DNA of 27,640 bases from Candidatus Latescibacterota bacterium (GTDB lineage: Bacteria; Latescibacterota; UBA2968). The notes below the pieces were generated by a model, which saw only the letters and a list, made by a program, of their open reading frames with translations, was not told where the DNA came from and did no database searches. The translations under genes were made by a program, and so were the position numbers. Location: the NCBI GenBank assembly GCA_964200925.1, contig CAXNEV010000001.1:1-27640 (forward strand), in the 5' to 3' direction. Shown piece after piece: positions 9,633 to 18,980 of the stretch. Each line of letters begins with the position of its first letter. Positions within the stretch are counted from its first letter, which is position 1.

Positions 9633-11489
9633 TTAAGATGGTTCTGTAACCTTTTGGGGTGGCTTGATGGGTATGCGCACATTAAATGTCGTGCCGACAT
9701 TTAATGTGCTGTCAATGGAAATGGTGGCACCATGGGCATCCAGCAAACGCTTGCTCATATACAATCCCAACCCTGTGCCTTTTGGGCCTTCTGCGCTTGT
9801 TTTGGTTGTGAAAAAAGGCTGAAACAAATTTTTCAAATTGGCAGGATCTATGCCGCAGCCCGAATCGCCGATTTCGACAATTACATGGTCTTTGTCCTGG
9901 GCTGTTGACAGGCGCAAATTTTTGGTGGGTCGATCTGTCATGGCCTCGATTGCATTGCGCAAAAAATTGCCAAAAACCTGAGAAAAATCTGTATAAACGC
10001 CATGAATAGACGGCATGTGTTCGCCCAAATCAACCTGTTTATTCACATCGCGTTTAAAGATGCGATCGGCCATTAAAAATTCCAATTCGCGTTCGAGCAA
10101 GCGATTGATATCCACATCCTCAGTGGTGCGCTTGTGTCGGCTTTTTGCCAAAATATTTTCGATCATAGTATTCATCAAATTGCCCGATGACAAAATGCGA
10201 TCCACTTCGCCCAGGTCGGGATGTTTCATTTTTAACAATTCGGCAAAACCCAGTATGCCCGTTAACGGATTTCTCAAATTGTGCACGATGCCAGCCGCCA
10301 CGGTTCCCACGGCGGCCATGCGCTCAGACTGAATCAATTGCAATTCCATTTGGCGCCGCGTTTCTTCGGCATTTAAGCGTTCGCGCATATCTTTGGCAGT
10401 AATAATAAACCCGCTCAATCGCTGTTCGCGATCTCGTGGTATGGACACGCTTAAAAGCACGGGAATGGGTTGTCGATCTTTTGCGATCAGATGGCCTTCA
10501 AAATCGCGTCGCATCTCGCCAGCAGTACCATCCATCATGCCAACCAGTGAGAGACCTTCAAACAGGTGGCCTGCGGGTTTGTTGAGCAGTTCTTGTTCGC
10601 CATATCCCAACAACGTGAATGTGCTTCGATTGACCATGCGAATGCGACCATCTAATGAGGTGACAATCAGCACATCCATCATATTGTTCAAAATGCCATC
10701 CAAAAAATCTTTCGACACAGATGTTTCGGCTAAAGTTTGACTCATCCGGTTAAAACTGGCAGCCAGGTCGCCCATTTCGTTGTTGGATAAAACCGGCACT
10801 GTTTTTCCCAAATCTCCCTGGCGCACCTGCTCTGTGGCTTTGGCCAACAGGTGAATGGGTTTTAAAATTTGCCTGTTAAAAAGCAATGCCATGACAATAA
10901 AAAGCACACAGCCCAGCGCAATGACCAGCGTGACCTGTTTGGATATGCGGCTGGCTGTTGCACGGGATTCTAACATTAAAATGCCCAATCGCAACGTGCC
11001 CAGGCGCGTGCGGTTGCCCGAAGAGGCACCCCCCATCAACAAAAAGGTTTCGTCCGAATCGGAGGCCGTATCCCATACCGGAAGCGCCACATCCAGTACA
11101 GGGCCATCCGATGTTTGGATTTGGCGATACACGGGTGCATCTGAATACACACTTTCAAGGGTTAACGGATCGTCATACAGTTTGCCGTGTTCTGCCACAT
11201 TGGTGTGGGCAATCACACGCCCGGCACCATCCTGGGCCAAGGAATAAACCCCTTGCCCATTAGAAACCAGGGTTTGAATTAAGGGCAACAACTGGCTTTC
11301 GTCTCGCGCACGCAGACCGGGAAGGAATGCAGGTTTTTGCACGGTAGCGGAAACAGCATCAAGCCCGCGTTTGACCACTTCTTGCTCAATAACCCCCAGT
11401 ACAACTTGCTGGCTCAGCAGGCTCATGCCCACGGCAAACAACATGGCCAGAGGCACAAAAAACAACAGCAATTTGGTTTGCATTCTCAT
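9633..11489 (-). CDS. Membrane sensor histidine kinase (2 TM, HAMP, PAS, HisKA, HATPase_c)
   Basis: HAMP motif NEMGDLAASFNRM, one PAS, H-box AAGIVHNLRNPL, RNAIEAM, DSGCGI, FQPFFTTK and GTGLGL. Confidence 0.92.
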   Translation of the reverse strand: MRMQTKLLLFFVPLAMLFAVGMSLLSQQVVLGVIEQEVVKRGLDAVSATVQKPAFLPGLRARDESQLLPLIQTLVSNGQGVYSLAQDGAGRVIAHTNVAEHGKLYDDPLTLESVYSDAPVYRQIQTSDGPVLDVALPVWDTASDSDETFLLMGGASSGNRTRLGTLRLGILMLESRATASRISKQVTLVIALGCVLFIVMALLFNRQILKPIHLLAKATEQVRQGDLGKTVPVLSNNEMGDLAASFNRMSQTLAETSVSKDFLDGILNNMMDVLIVTSLDGRIRMVNRSTFTLLGYGEQELLNKPAGHLFEGLSLVGMMDGTAGEMRRDFEGHLIAKDRQPIPVLLSVSIPRDREQRLSGFIITAKDMRERLNAEETRRQMELQLIQSERMAAVGTVAAGIVHNLRNPLTGILGFAELLKMKHPDLGEVDRILSSGNLMNTMIENILAKSRHKRTTEDVDINRLLERELEFLMADRIFKRDVNKQVDLGEHMPSIHGVYTDFSQVFGNFLRNAIEAMTDRPTKNLRLSTAQDKDHVIVEIGDSGCGIDPANLKNLFQPFFTTKTSAEGPKGTGLGLYMSKRLLDAHGATISIDSTLNVGTTFNVRIPIKPPQKVTEPS

Positions 11490-11503
11490 AAAAACAATCT
11501 GCC

Positions 11504-13465
11504 TTAAAATTCATACGCCAAAAAACCCGTCAAACGACGACGCATCACTTCACCCCCCAATCCTGGCTCAAGCTTATTTCGGGCGGGTAATGTTTCAAAA
11601 TGTGTGTGATTGGTCATGTTAAACGCTTGAAAACCAACCGACAAGCCTTCCATGACCCCAGAAAAAGTATATCGAACGCCCATATTGAGTTGCCAGTAAT
11701 CCCCAATGGATGTGTATTGTGCATCCAGATTAACCGTACTGGCGTCACTCCAGGCTGTTTGCCCCACCCAGTGGCCCCACAAGGTGGCAGATATTCCGCC
11801 CTGTTGCATGCGCACGCCCCCATTGAATTTGTGAACGGGGCCGCCATTTTTGGCCACTTGAAATTCAAATTCGCCGCGAATGTGCTGGTGCGAATGATTG
11901 GCAAACAAAACCCACCCGGGCACGACTTCAATTTCTGTGCCCAATTCGCCTCCCCAGGCTTCTACTTCCTCAACACTGTTTTTATACTCTGCCTGTGCCC
12001 GCAAGTTGGGCAGGGCCTCTGGCACAAACAAAAACTGCCCCACACCAATCATATGTCGCAACCGATAGTGAAATCCAACAAGCGTGGTGCGCACCGGGCC
12101 AAAACGCCCGGTATGCGCCAGTTCTATTTGCCGCACGCGTTCGGGTTTTAAATTGGAACTGCCAACCACAGATAGCGTGACAGGCACATTAAAAGAGGTT
12201 TGAATAATTTGTTCTTGTATCACATAACGCTCTGTCAGCGTGGGATTGCGAAATGCCGAACCTGCGGCCAGGCGAAAGACGTGTTTGGCATTGGGAGAAA
12301 AAATCAAACTTGTTCGCGGAGAAAAAACCCATCCTGTTTGAGAATGTTGATCCCATCGACCACTGCTTACCACCGTCCAACTGGATACAGGTTGCCAGAC
12401 ATGTTCGGCAAACAGGGCATATTGTGTTTGTTGTACCTCGCCGGGTTTGTAAACATTGGACTGCACATCGTCTTGTCGGGCACTGCCGCCTATTACCAAA
12501 TTGTGGTGCGCCGATATAGACACGGTTTGTTCCAATGAAACCTCGCGAGAATTGAGTTTCACTTCGGGCACAATGGCCGTTTCCAGATCGAGAATGGCGG
12601 GTTGCTCCCGGTTCCAGTAAACCCGAACATGGGTATTGCGCCGATTTAAATCTGCTCGCAAATATCCCGTGGTGCCATCGTAGAAAGCCTGTGAAACACC
12701 CACGGCAAATTGGGTTTGATAGTCACTTAGCCCGCCTGATAAACGCAGCCTTGTGTTGCCGGGCAGTTCGGTGTCTATCAGACCGTGAAATTTTCGCACA
12801 TGTGATGCGCGCTGTCCGGCATTTTCAAATTGATGGGTTGTGCGATATTCGGCTCCTACGAGATAACGAATGTGCGCCTGGCGTTGTCCATAGGCCAGAT
12901 CAAACAAATGGGTTTGTCGTTCACCGGCGGCATATCGCACGGTTCCGCCATTTAATTGTTCGGGTGTTTTGGTAATGATATTAATGACCCCGTTGAGTGC
13001 ATTGGCCCCATAAAGAGCAGACGCTGGGCCCAGTACCACTTCAATGCGATCAATGGTGTTCCACACCACCGGTATGCCTTCCCAAAAGGTAGAATCAAAA
13101 GGGCCGTTTAATGCCGGTTTGCCATCAAGCAATACCAGTGTGCGGTTATTGAGGGACTTGTTTAATCCGCGAATGCTCACCTCGCCATAAAATGTGCGTG
13201 TGGACATCACATCAACTCCTGGCACCAATCGCAGGGCATCCCACAGGGTTTGCACACCCATTTGCGCCAGATCTTCGCTAGAAATGACATAGATCGTTGC
13301 TGGGGCCTGGCGAACCGACAGGGGCAATCGCGAAGCCGTGATTGTGCGAATGGCTTCGGCTTCAATGGCAAAAAAATCAAAAATATCGGTTTCTTCGCCC
13401 AATGCTGGAATGACCAGGACCATTATCCAGCACAGAGTAACCAACCCTCTTAATCCAAGCCTCAT
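11504..13465 (-). CDS. TonB-dependent outer-membrane receptor
   Basis: Signal peptide; plug motifs DALRLVPGVDV, LVLLDG and IDRIEVVLGPASALYGANALNGVINIITK; C-terminal aromatic pattern ending LAYEF. Confidence 0.93.
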   Translation of the reverse strand: MRLGLRGLVTLCWIMVLVIPALGEETDIFDFFAIEAEAIRTITASRLPLSVRQAPATIYVISSEDLAQMGVQTLWDALRLVPGVDVMSTRTFYGEVSIRGLNKSLNNRTLVLLDGKPALNGPFDSTFWEGIPVVWNTIDRIEVVLGPASALYGANALNGVINIITKTPEQLNGGTVRYAAGERQTHLFDLAYGQRQAHIRYLVGAEYRTTHQFENAGQRASHVRKFHGLIDTELPGNTRLRLSGGLSDYQTQFAVGVSQAFYDGTTGYLRADLNRRNTHVRVYWNREQPAILDLETAIVPEVKLNSREVSLEQTVSISAHHNLVIGGSARQDDVQSNVYKPGEVQQTQYALFAEHVWQPVSSWTVVSSGRWDQHSQTGWVFSPRTSLIFSPNAKHVFRLAAGSAFRNPTLTERYVIQEQIIQTSFNVPVTLSVVGSSNLKPERVRQIELAHTGRFGPVRTTLVGFHYRLRHMIGVGQFLFVPEALPNLRAQAEYKNSVEEVEAWGGELGTEIEVVPGWVLFANHSHQHIRGEFEFQVAKNGGPVHKFNGGVRMQQGGISATLWGHWVGQTAWSDASTVNLDAQYTSIGDYWQLNMGVRYTFSGVMEGLSVGFQAFNMTNHTHFETLPARNKLEPGLGGEVMRRRLTGFLAYEF

Positions 13466-14352
13466 TGTAATTCTCCTCCACTGCGTTCAAGAGCTGGTCG
13501 ATCAATGATCATTCCTGCATCGGTCGCAGCAGACAAACTCACGCGAAAAATCACTTTTTCAGGATATACAACCGCAGCTACCTTTTCTCCCGATAATACG
13601 CGTTTAACAACCAGCCCTGCAGTTCGACCAATTTCTTCAAAACCACAGGCCACCGATGCCACAGCCCCTTTATCAACCAGCCCGCCGCTTGGCACATATA
13701 AAGGCACATCGTTGGATCGCGAAAAGGTTCGAAACAATTCGAAACTTTGTGCATTAATCAACACGGGATCGGGGGGCAACCACACTCCATTGATGTGGCT
13801 GTGCAACATCTGACGCAACCCTTCGGGTAAATCGTCAAGGCTGTGCACATGTTCGGCAACAATTACAATGCCCCATTGCTGAGCGGCCTGCTTGAGTGCA
13901 TTGACATACAACAACTGGGCATCGGATGCCCAAAATATGCCCAATCGGGTTAAATTAGGTTGCAACAGTTTTAACCGAGAAATGACATCTGTTGCAGGAG
14001 GCAACATGGTGACTTTTATCGCTTCGCCTCGTTTTTCGCGCTCATCCAAATTCACACCGGGTGCCAGGCAATAAACCACCAGCGTTCCTGCCGGGTAGGA
14101 AGACAATGCGGCTTTGCCACCAAAAGCCACCACCACCCGTGTGACAGTGGGTGCATGTGAAGCCTCATCGCTCAAATTGATTCGGCGAATTGGCGCACCA
14201 TAAGCTGTCTGAAAAGCCTCAAAAGCCTTTTCATAGGGTTCGATGCTGGCACTTAATATGGCTGTCACTTCCTGGCCAGCGCATGGCACAGAGCTAAGTG
14301 CACATGCAAACAGGGCAACAGCCTTAAAAAGCCGATTTAAAAGAAGGATCAT
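13462..14352 (-). CDS. Periplasmic ABC_sub_bind-type (type I PBP) ligand-binding protein
   Basis: Signal peptide; motifs LQPNLTRLGI, GVWLPPDP, LVDKGAVASVACGFEEIGRTAG and SLSAATDAG; ATGA overlap with the receptor start. Confidence 0.8.
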   Translation of the reverse strand: MILLLNRLFKAVALFACALSSVPCAGQEVTAILSASIEPYEKAFEAFQTAYGAPIRRINLSDEASHAPTVTRVVVAFGGKAALSSYPAGTLVVYCLAPGVNLDEREKRGEAIKVTMLPPATDVISRLKLLQPNLTRLGIFWASDAQLLYVNALKQAAQQWGIVIVAEHVHSLDDLPEGLRQMLHSHINGVWLPPDPVLINAQSFELFRTFSRSNDVPLYVPSGGLVDKGAVASVACGFEEIGRTAGLVVKRVLSGEKVAAVVYPEKVIFRVSLSAATDAGMIIDRPALERSGGELQ

Positions 14353-14403
14353 CTGGATAGCGATTAAAAGCGAATGGGTTTTGTGATGATTGTTCGCTCT
14401 AAA

Positions 14404-14520
14404 ATCCCGCGCTACGCGCGGGGATCCAAAGGCTCACGGAAAACGTCGATGCTCCGCATCCTTTCCGTTCGACCTTCGGCCGAGACATAAAGCCACCAGC
14501 TTTCGCAGGTGGTCGTTTAG
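14404..14520 (-). mobile_element. Four-hairpin element; probable non-autonomous IS200/IS605-type end/MITE, or a structured RNA
   Basis: Minus-strand hairpins CCACC-T-GC(GAAA)GC-T-GGTGG, TCGGCC(GAA)GGTCGA, ACGGAAA..GATGC(GGA)GCATC..TTTCCGT and CCCGCGC(GTA)GCGCGGG. The end CTAAACGACCAC..GTGGCTT resembles IS200/605-type termini from recall. Confidence 0.5.
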
Positions 14521-14780
14521 TGCCCAATAAATCTACAAAAAAGTTGGAAGAATCCGTTACATAATTGGTGTGCCGTCAAATTTTTTTAGAATGAGCAAAA
14601 ATGAAACCACGGCTTTTTTTGAAAAATAAAATTTTCTCAAAAGCATTAATCATTTGTGCCACAAAAAATTACAAACAATTATAAGAATGGATATCAAAAT
14701 CCCCATAGTGCCACAAAAGGCGCAAATTCGCCAGTGCCAAAAAAGAAAAGGCCGCACTTCAGACATGCGGCTTAGAGAAT

Positions 14781-14844
14781 GGGCAGGCACACAGGTCTGT
14801 CCTTATATGATGGTTTACAAGCAGACACACGGGTCTGCGCCAAC
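14781..14844. repeat. Two degenerate REP-like palindromes in direct orientation
   Basis: GGGCAGGCACACAGGTCTGTCCTTAT (14781-14806) and GCAGACACACGGGTCTGCGCCAAC (14821-14844) share the GCAG(A/G)CACAC(A/G)GGTCTG core, similar to GTAG-family REPs. Confidence 0.65.
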
Positions 14845-14923
14845 TTGGGACTCGTCCAAAAAATAGACGAATGGGCGAATTGCAGATTTGTCATAAACCG
14901 GAAAGTTATTTCTGGATGAACCC

Positions 14924-16066
14924 TTAAATACCCGGTCGCATGCCTGTGCCGTAGCCTGTTAATTCCACATATCCTTTTCCAACCTGTTTTCCGTCCAAAT
15001 CTCTGACAGATACAGCGCCCTCCCAATAAAACAACCTTTCAATCCGTGAACCACGGTTTTCCTGGTTAGCCATCATGGCAATAACCTGCCACACCTGTCC
15101 ATTTATTTGCACCTGCCATGTTGTTGGATATTGCGCATGCGTATTTGGGCTTTTCCAGTAGGTTGTTGCACGCACATCAAAATCGCCACGCGACAAATGG
15201 TGCACCCGTCCTTCAGCATCACTCCATGTGCCGCGTGCATAATCTGTCGCACCTGTGGAATCGCGCAATATATACAACATCACGTCGCGCCCATCGTTTA
15301 GTTGCAAGCTGAACCAATCCCATCCCGTTTGATGGTCGCCCAATTGATTCGAGCCAAATTCTTTGTCCATCCAGCTTGCACCTGTCACAACCGCTGTTTC
15401 ACCGCCTACCGTCAGTTTGCCCTGGGTTTTCAACCGGGTAAAACTGTAATACTGGCTGGCGGCATTGTCGCTTTTGCCTTTGCGACTATATCCGTTTGGC
15501 CCTTGCAGAATTAATGGTTTTTGGGGATATGTCTGCAACTCAAATGCCATGTCTTGAGCATTGTCTGCCATTGAAAAATCAAATGCAACGCCATTCCATT
15601 GCAATGTCCATTTTTTGGCAGTGCCCGTTGGACCCCGGCTCCAGGCAATTAATGTATCGGGAAACACGCCGAAGCCACCCAGCAGGGGGGTTGTTCGATA
15701 CAGTACCTCGCTAAACACATGGGTGGTGTCGTTCAGATTGCTGATTGCCGCATGGCCCATGATCAACTGATTGGTTGCCCACTCCGAATTCAGTTCGGAT
15801 TTTTGGGGCATTAATCCCACGCGAAAAAAAGTAAACTGATACCCAAATTTTTGGCCCGTTGCCGTTTCCAAATGCCCGGTAAAGTACCACCACTCGGTTT
15901 TATATTCTGTTCGCGCCCAGTGATCTTGTGGAAATGACCACGGATAATGGGGTTGTGCGGTGCGCCATTCTTCGGCAAAAAGCGGGGATGCAATAACCAT
16001 TGAAATAAGAATAACAGTCTGGAACATTCCAAACCCCTGTTGCGGAAAATCACGTCTGTCTTGCAT
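14924..16066 (-). CDS. Secreted lipocalin-like / CrtC-fold protein (AttH-like)
   Basis: Motifs FPQDH, TEWWYFTGHL, GYQFTFFR, YYSFTRL, WMDKEF, GWDWFSLQL, YWEGAV and GYVELTGY. The start may be at MFQT (16027). Confidence 0.85.
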   Translation of the reverse strand: MQDRRDFPQQGFGMFQTVILISMVIASPLFAEEWRTAQPHYPWSFPQDHWARTEYKTEWWYFTGHLETATGQKFGYQFTFFRVGLMPQKSELNSEWATNQLIMGHAAISNLNDTTHVFSEVLYRTTPLLGGFGVFPDTLIAWSRGPTGTAKKWTLQWNGVAFDFSMADNAQDMAFELQTYPQKPLILQGPNGYSRKGKSDNAASQYYSFTRLKTQGKLTVGGETAVVTGASWMDKEFGSNQLGDHQTGWDWFSLQLNDGRDVMLYILRDSTGATDYARGTWSDAEGRVHHLSRGDFDVRATTYWKSPNTHAQYPTTWQVQINGQVWQVIAMMANQENRGSRIERLFYWEGAVSVRDLDGKQVGKGYVELTGYGTGMRPGI

Positions 16067-16138
16067 GTTGATCGAGTGATAAAATCTTAAATTGGCCCGA
16101 CCTGAAATCGGTTCATAGACAGATATACAGGACTACCC

Positions 16139-18667
16139 CTACACATCTTCCCGTCGCAATTCGGTTGCTGGTGTGCGGCTGGCTTTGAGTGCCGGATACA
16201 GGCTGACCAGCATTGCCGCACCCAAAATGATTGCCCCCTGTTGTATGAGTGCTTCCCACGGCCAATACACCTGAATTGTCCAGCCAAAATAGGCCCGGTT
16301 AATGACAAAAATCAACACCATGGCCAGCGAAATTCCCCCTGCTGTGCCCATTGCCAAACCCAGCAAGCCCATGCCCAAACCTTTGCCCAGAAACAAAAAA
16401 AACACCTGTTCCCTGGTGCTGCCCAGTGCCCGATACAAAGCCAGTTCTGACATCTGTTCTCGGGCCAGTACCAGAAGCATTAGGGCAATGCCACAAACCG
16501 CAATGGCCAAACCGATGTTCTGCAACAGCCTGGTTACGGCAAATGTTTGATCAAATATGTCCATCGCTTCATGACGCAAGCGCCGGTTGCTGCGAATTTC
16601 AAGAGGGGCGGTTGAAAATTGCGCCCGCAAATCATCCACCACTTCTTCGGCATTCAGCCCTGGTTTTAAATACAATGCCACACTGTTTACCGGCCCAGCT
16701 CCCCAGTGTGTTTGCAGGGTGTGCAAATCCATGATCACAGCACCGCCTTGTGCGTTATAATCGCAATATACCCCGGCAATGGGAAAAAGATGCAAGCCGT
16801 TTGACACATAAATTGCCACGTTATCACCGGGCCACAAATTTTGTTTGCGCGCCAGCGTTTCACCAATCAAAACAGCGCCTTCTTTTTGTACCCGGTTATA
16901 GGCTGTGCGGGCATCTCCTGAGAGCAGTGTAAACCGAGTTGTGCCACCTGGCAATCCCATATCTATTCCGGCCAGCGCAATGCGTTGATCGCCGGGTATG
17001 TAGGCTGTAAACCCGCGCAACCGGTCTATTGCTTTTACACTGGGATGGGTTTGCAAAGCGGCAATAAACTGATCGTCGAGAAAAGCCTCGTCACCCTGTC
17101 CGCGCCACGAAGCTGGCGACACATAAATGTCGGCCTGTATGGTTGTTTGTATCCACACTTGTAATGTTTGGCGAAAACTGCCGATCATCAGTGTGATGCC
17201 CACCAGCATACTCACTGCAATGCCTAAAGCCGCAACGGCAAATGCCGTGGTTTGCAATCGGGTGCCCAAACTCTTCACACTGTATTGGAACCCAAAATTC
17301 CGCACCCGAATCCACCCTGTTATTTTTTGAATCATAAGAGGGGTCATCAGCGGCAACCCGATCAACACACTCAGTGCCAGAACAAAACCCGCATGTTGCC
17401 AAAACCGCCCAATGATCCCATACCAGATACCCACCCCTGAGAGCAAAACCAGCCCCCCTATGCTCAAGTGCGGGGCCAATGACCCGATTTTTTCGTGAAG
17501 GGTAAATGCCGATAACAACGTGCGGGTATCTTTGCGACTCATATCCAGAGCAGGGATTAACGCACCAGTTATTGCACCGCCGATGCCTATGAGTGCCGCC
17601 AGCCCAAACAGCCAATAGGGCAATTCAAGTTCATGTATTTCTTCTAATAAATACAAATTGGTCAGCGCTGTACTGACGACTTCCACATTGGCTTTGGCAC
17701 CCCAATAACCCATTGGCAAACCAAACAGAACCCCCAGGCCACCCAACAAAACCACCTCACCCATGATCAGGCCAAATACCTGTATTCGCGATGCCCCAAT
17801 AGATCGCAACATGCCAAACTCAGCCCGTCGGCGCACCAGAGATGCCTGTGTGCTGCTATAGACCAGAAACAACCCCACGAACAAACTGATCAAACTCAAG
17901 GCCGTTAAATTCAATCGGAACGCCGACAACAACCCGGCTGTTTGTCGCGACCGCTGTTCCGGGTTTACAACCTGAACCGATAGGCCCAATTTTTCCTGTA
18001 AACGCGCTCGCACATGGTTTGCATCCACTCCTTTTTTTACCACCACGTCGATCTGGTGAATGTGGCCCACGCGCCCAAGCAGATGCTGTGCTTGAGCAAT
18101 GTCCATGACCACCATTTTGGGACTTGCCAATGGGCTTACTTTTTGAAAGTCAACCAGCGCTCCCACATGCAGCCATATCACACGAGATCCGCTGTAAACC
18201 TGAACCGAATCACCCAGGGCCCACCCCATCTGCTTGGCCAGTGTGGGTGTAAATGCCGCCCAGCCCGGTTTGGACAGGGCATCTGACCATTCGGACGGTT
18301 CACCCTGCCAGGGCACGCGCACCGGGGCAAAAAAATCCACGCCGATGATTTCCAGAAAAAACCGTTCGCGATTGGATAGTGCCGCGCTTACCCGATACAA
18401 TGGCCAGGCCGACTGCACACCCGGTTCGGCCAGCACAGCCACATATAACGATTCGGGCAAGGTGGGTGTGCGCCCCAATACGCTGAAATCGGCATCACCA
18501 CTTACCGCGTGCATGCTGCCTTCAAAGGCCGCCAGTGCATTGCGGTTGATGATCTGCATCGACAGCACCGCCGCCACACCCAAAGCCACGCCCAGAACGG
18601 TGAGCAAAAACAGGCTGCGGCCTGCACGAAAATGTGCGACATAGGCTTTGAAGAAGTAGTGAATCAA
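16139..18667 (-). CDS. FtsX/MacB-type ABC permease with duplicated domains (AttFG-like)
   Basis: 842 aa with two FtsX-type TM blocks (AFRLNLTALSLISLFVGLFLVYS; RRAEFGMLRSIGAS; LALYRALGST) and motif FIFVINRAYFGWT-like LIFVINRAYFGWT. TTG start is uncertain. Confidence 0.9.
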   Translation of the reverse strand: MIHYFFKAYVAHFRAGRSLFLLTVLGVALGVAAVLSMQIINRNALAAFEGSMHAVSGDADFSVLGRTPTLPESLYVAVLAEPGVQSAWPLYRVSAALSNRERFFLEIIGVDFFAPVRVPWQGEPSEWSDALSKPGWAAFTPTLAKQMGWALGDSVQVYSGSRVIWLHVGALVDFQKVSPLASPKMVVMDIAQAQHLLGRVGHIHQIDVVVKKGVDANHVRARLQEKLGLSVQVVNPEQRSRQTAGLLSAFRLNLTALSLISLFVGLFLVYSSTQASLVRRRAEFGMLRSIGASRIQVFGLIMGEVVLLGGLGVLFGLPMGYWGAKANVEVVSTALTNLYLLEEIHELELPYWLFGLAALIGIGGAITGALIPALDMSRKDTRTLLSAFTLHEKIGSLAPHLSIGGLVLLSGVGIWYGIIGRFWQHAGFVLALSVLIGLPLMTPLMIQKITGWIRVRNFGFQYSVKSLGTRLQTTAFAVAALGIAVSMLVGITLMIGSFRQTLQVWIQTTIQADIYVSPASWRGQGDEAFLDDQFIAALQTHPSVKAIDRLRGFTAYIPGDQRIALAGIDMGLPGGTTRFTLLSGDARTAYNRVQKEGAVLIGETLARKQNLWPGDNVAIYVSNGLHLFPIAGVYCDYNAQGGAVIMDLHTLQTHWGAGPVNSVALYLKPGLNAEEVVDDLRAQFSTAPLEIRSNRRLRHEAMDIFDQTFAVTRLLQNIGLAIAVCGIALMLLVLAREQMSELALYRALGSTREQVFFLFLGKGLGMGLLGLAMGTAGGISLAMVLIFVINRAYFGWTIQVYWPWEALIQQGAIILGAAMLVSLYPALKASRTPATELRREDV

Positions 18668-18694
18668 TAGGCCACCATTCAGAATTTATTTTTT

Positions 18695-18980
18695 ATGCCT
18701 TCGGCGACCAGTGGGTGTCATAAATGACACCCCTACAGATCGGCTTACAGATTGGTGAATCAATTGTAGAGACACCATTTATGGTGTCGTTGGCAAAAAG
18801 GCCGCCCTTCAAGTGCCAGGGAGGCTGATTTTCCGCGAATATCTCCACGGGATGCTCATAAGCAGATGGCCTGTCAACGATGGCGGTGTTTTGCAATGTG
18901 TAGCGAAACGGAATGGCGCGGAAAATTTTCCTGTATCGCATGTTTTGGGCATTGAAAGTGTTTATACCCTGTAAAGATGA
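18695..18980. repeat. Modular dispersed intergenic repeat, copy B (carries a REP doublet)
   Basis: Same conserved blocks as copies A and C; lies between the ABC ATPase and permease genes. Confidence 0.88.
18713..18788. repeat. Inverted pair of GTAG-tagged REP palindromes (REPIN/BIME-like)
   Basis: Minus strand GTAGGGGTGTCATTTATGACACCC (18736-18713) and plus strand GTAGAGACACCATTTATGGTGTC (18766-18788), separated by 29 nt. Confidence 0.75.

Noticed and set aside
14570-14744. Sigma-54 promoters from minus-strand TGGCAC hexamers
   Set aside because: None has TTGC at the required spacing.
14353-14923. Cobalamin or other known riboswitch upstream of the TonB receptor
   Set aside because: I could not find B12-box or other recognisable consensus motifs.
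14924-16066. Carotenoid 1,2-hydratase (crtC) as the functional call
   Set aside because: The similarity is fold-level only; the gene has a signal peptide and ABC context, and there are no crt genes.
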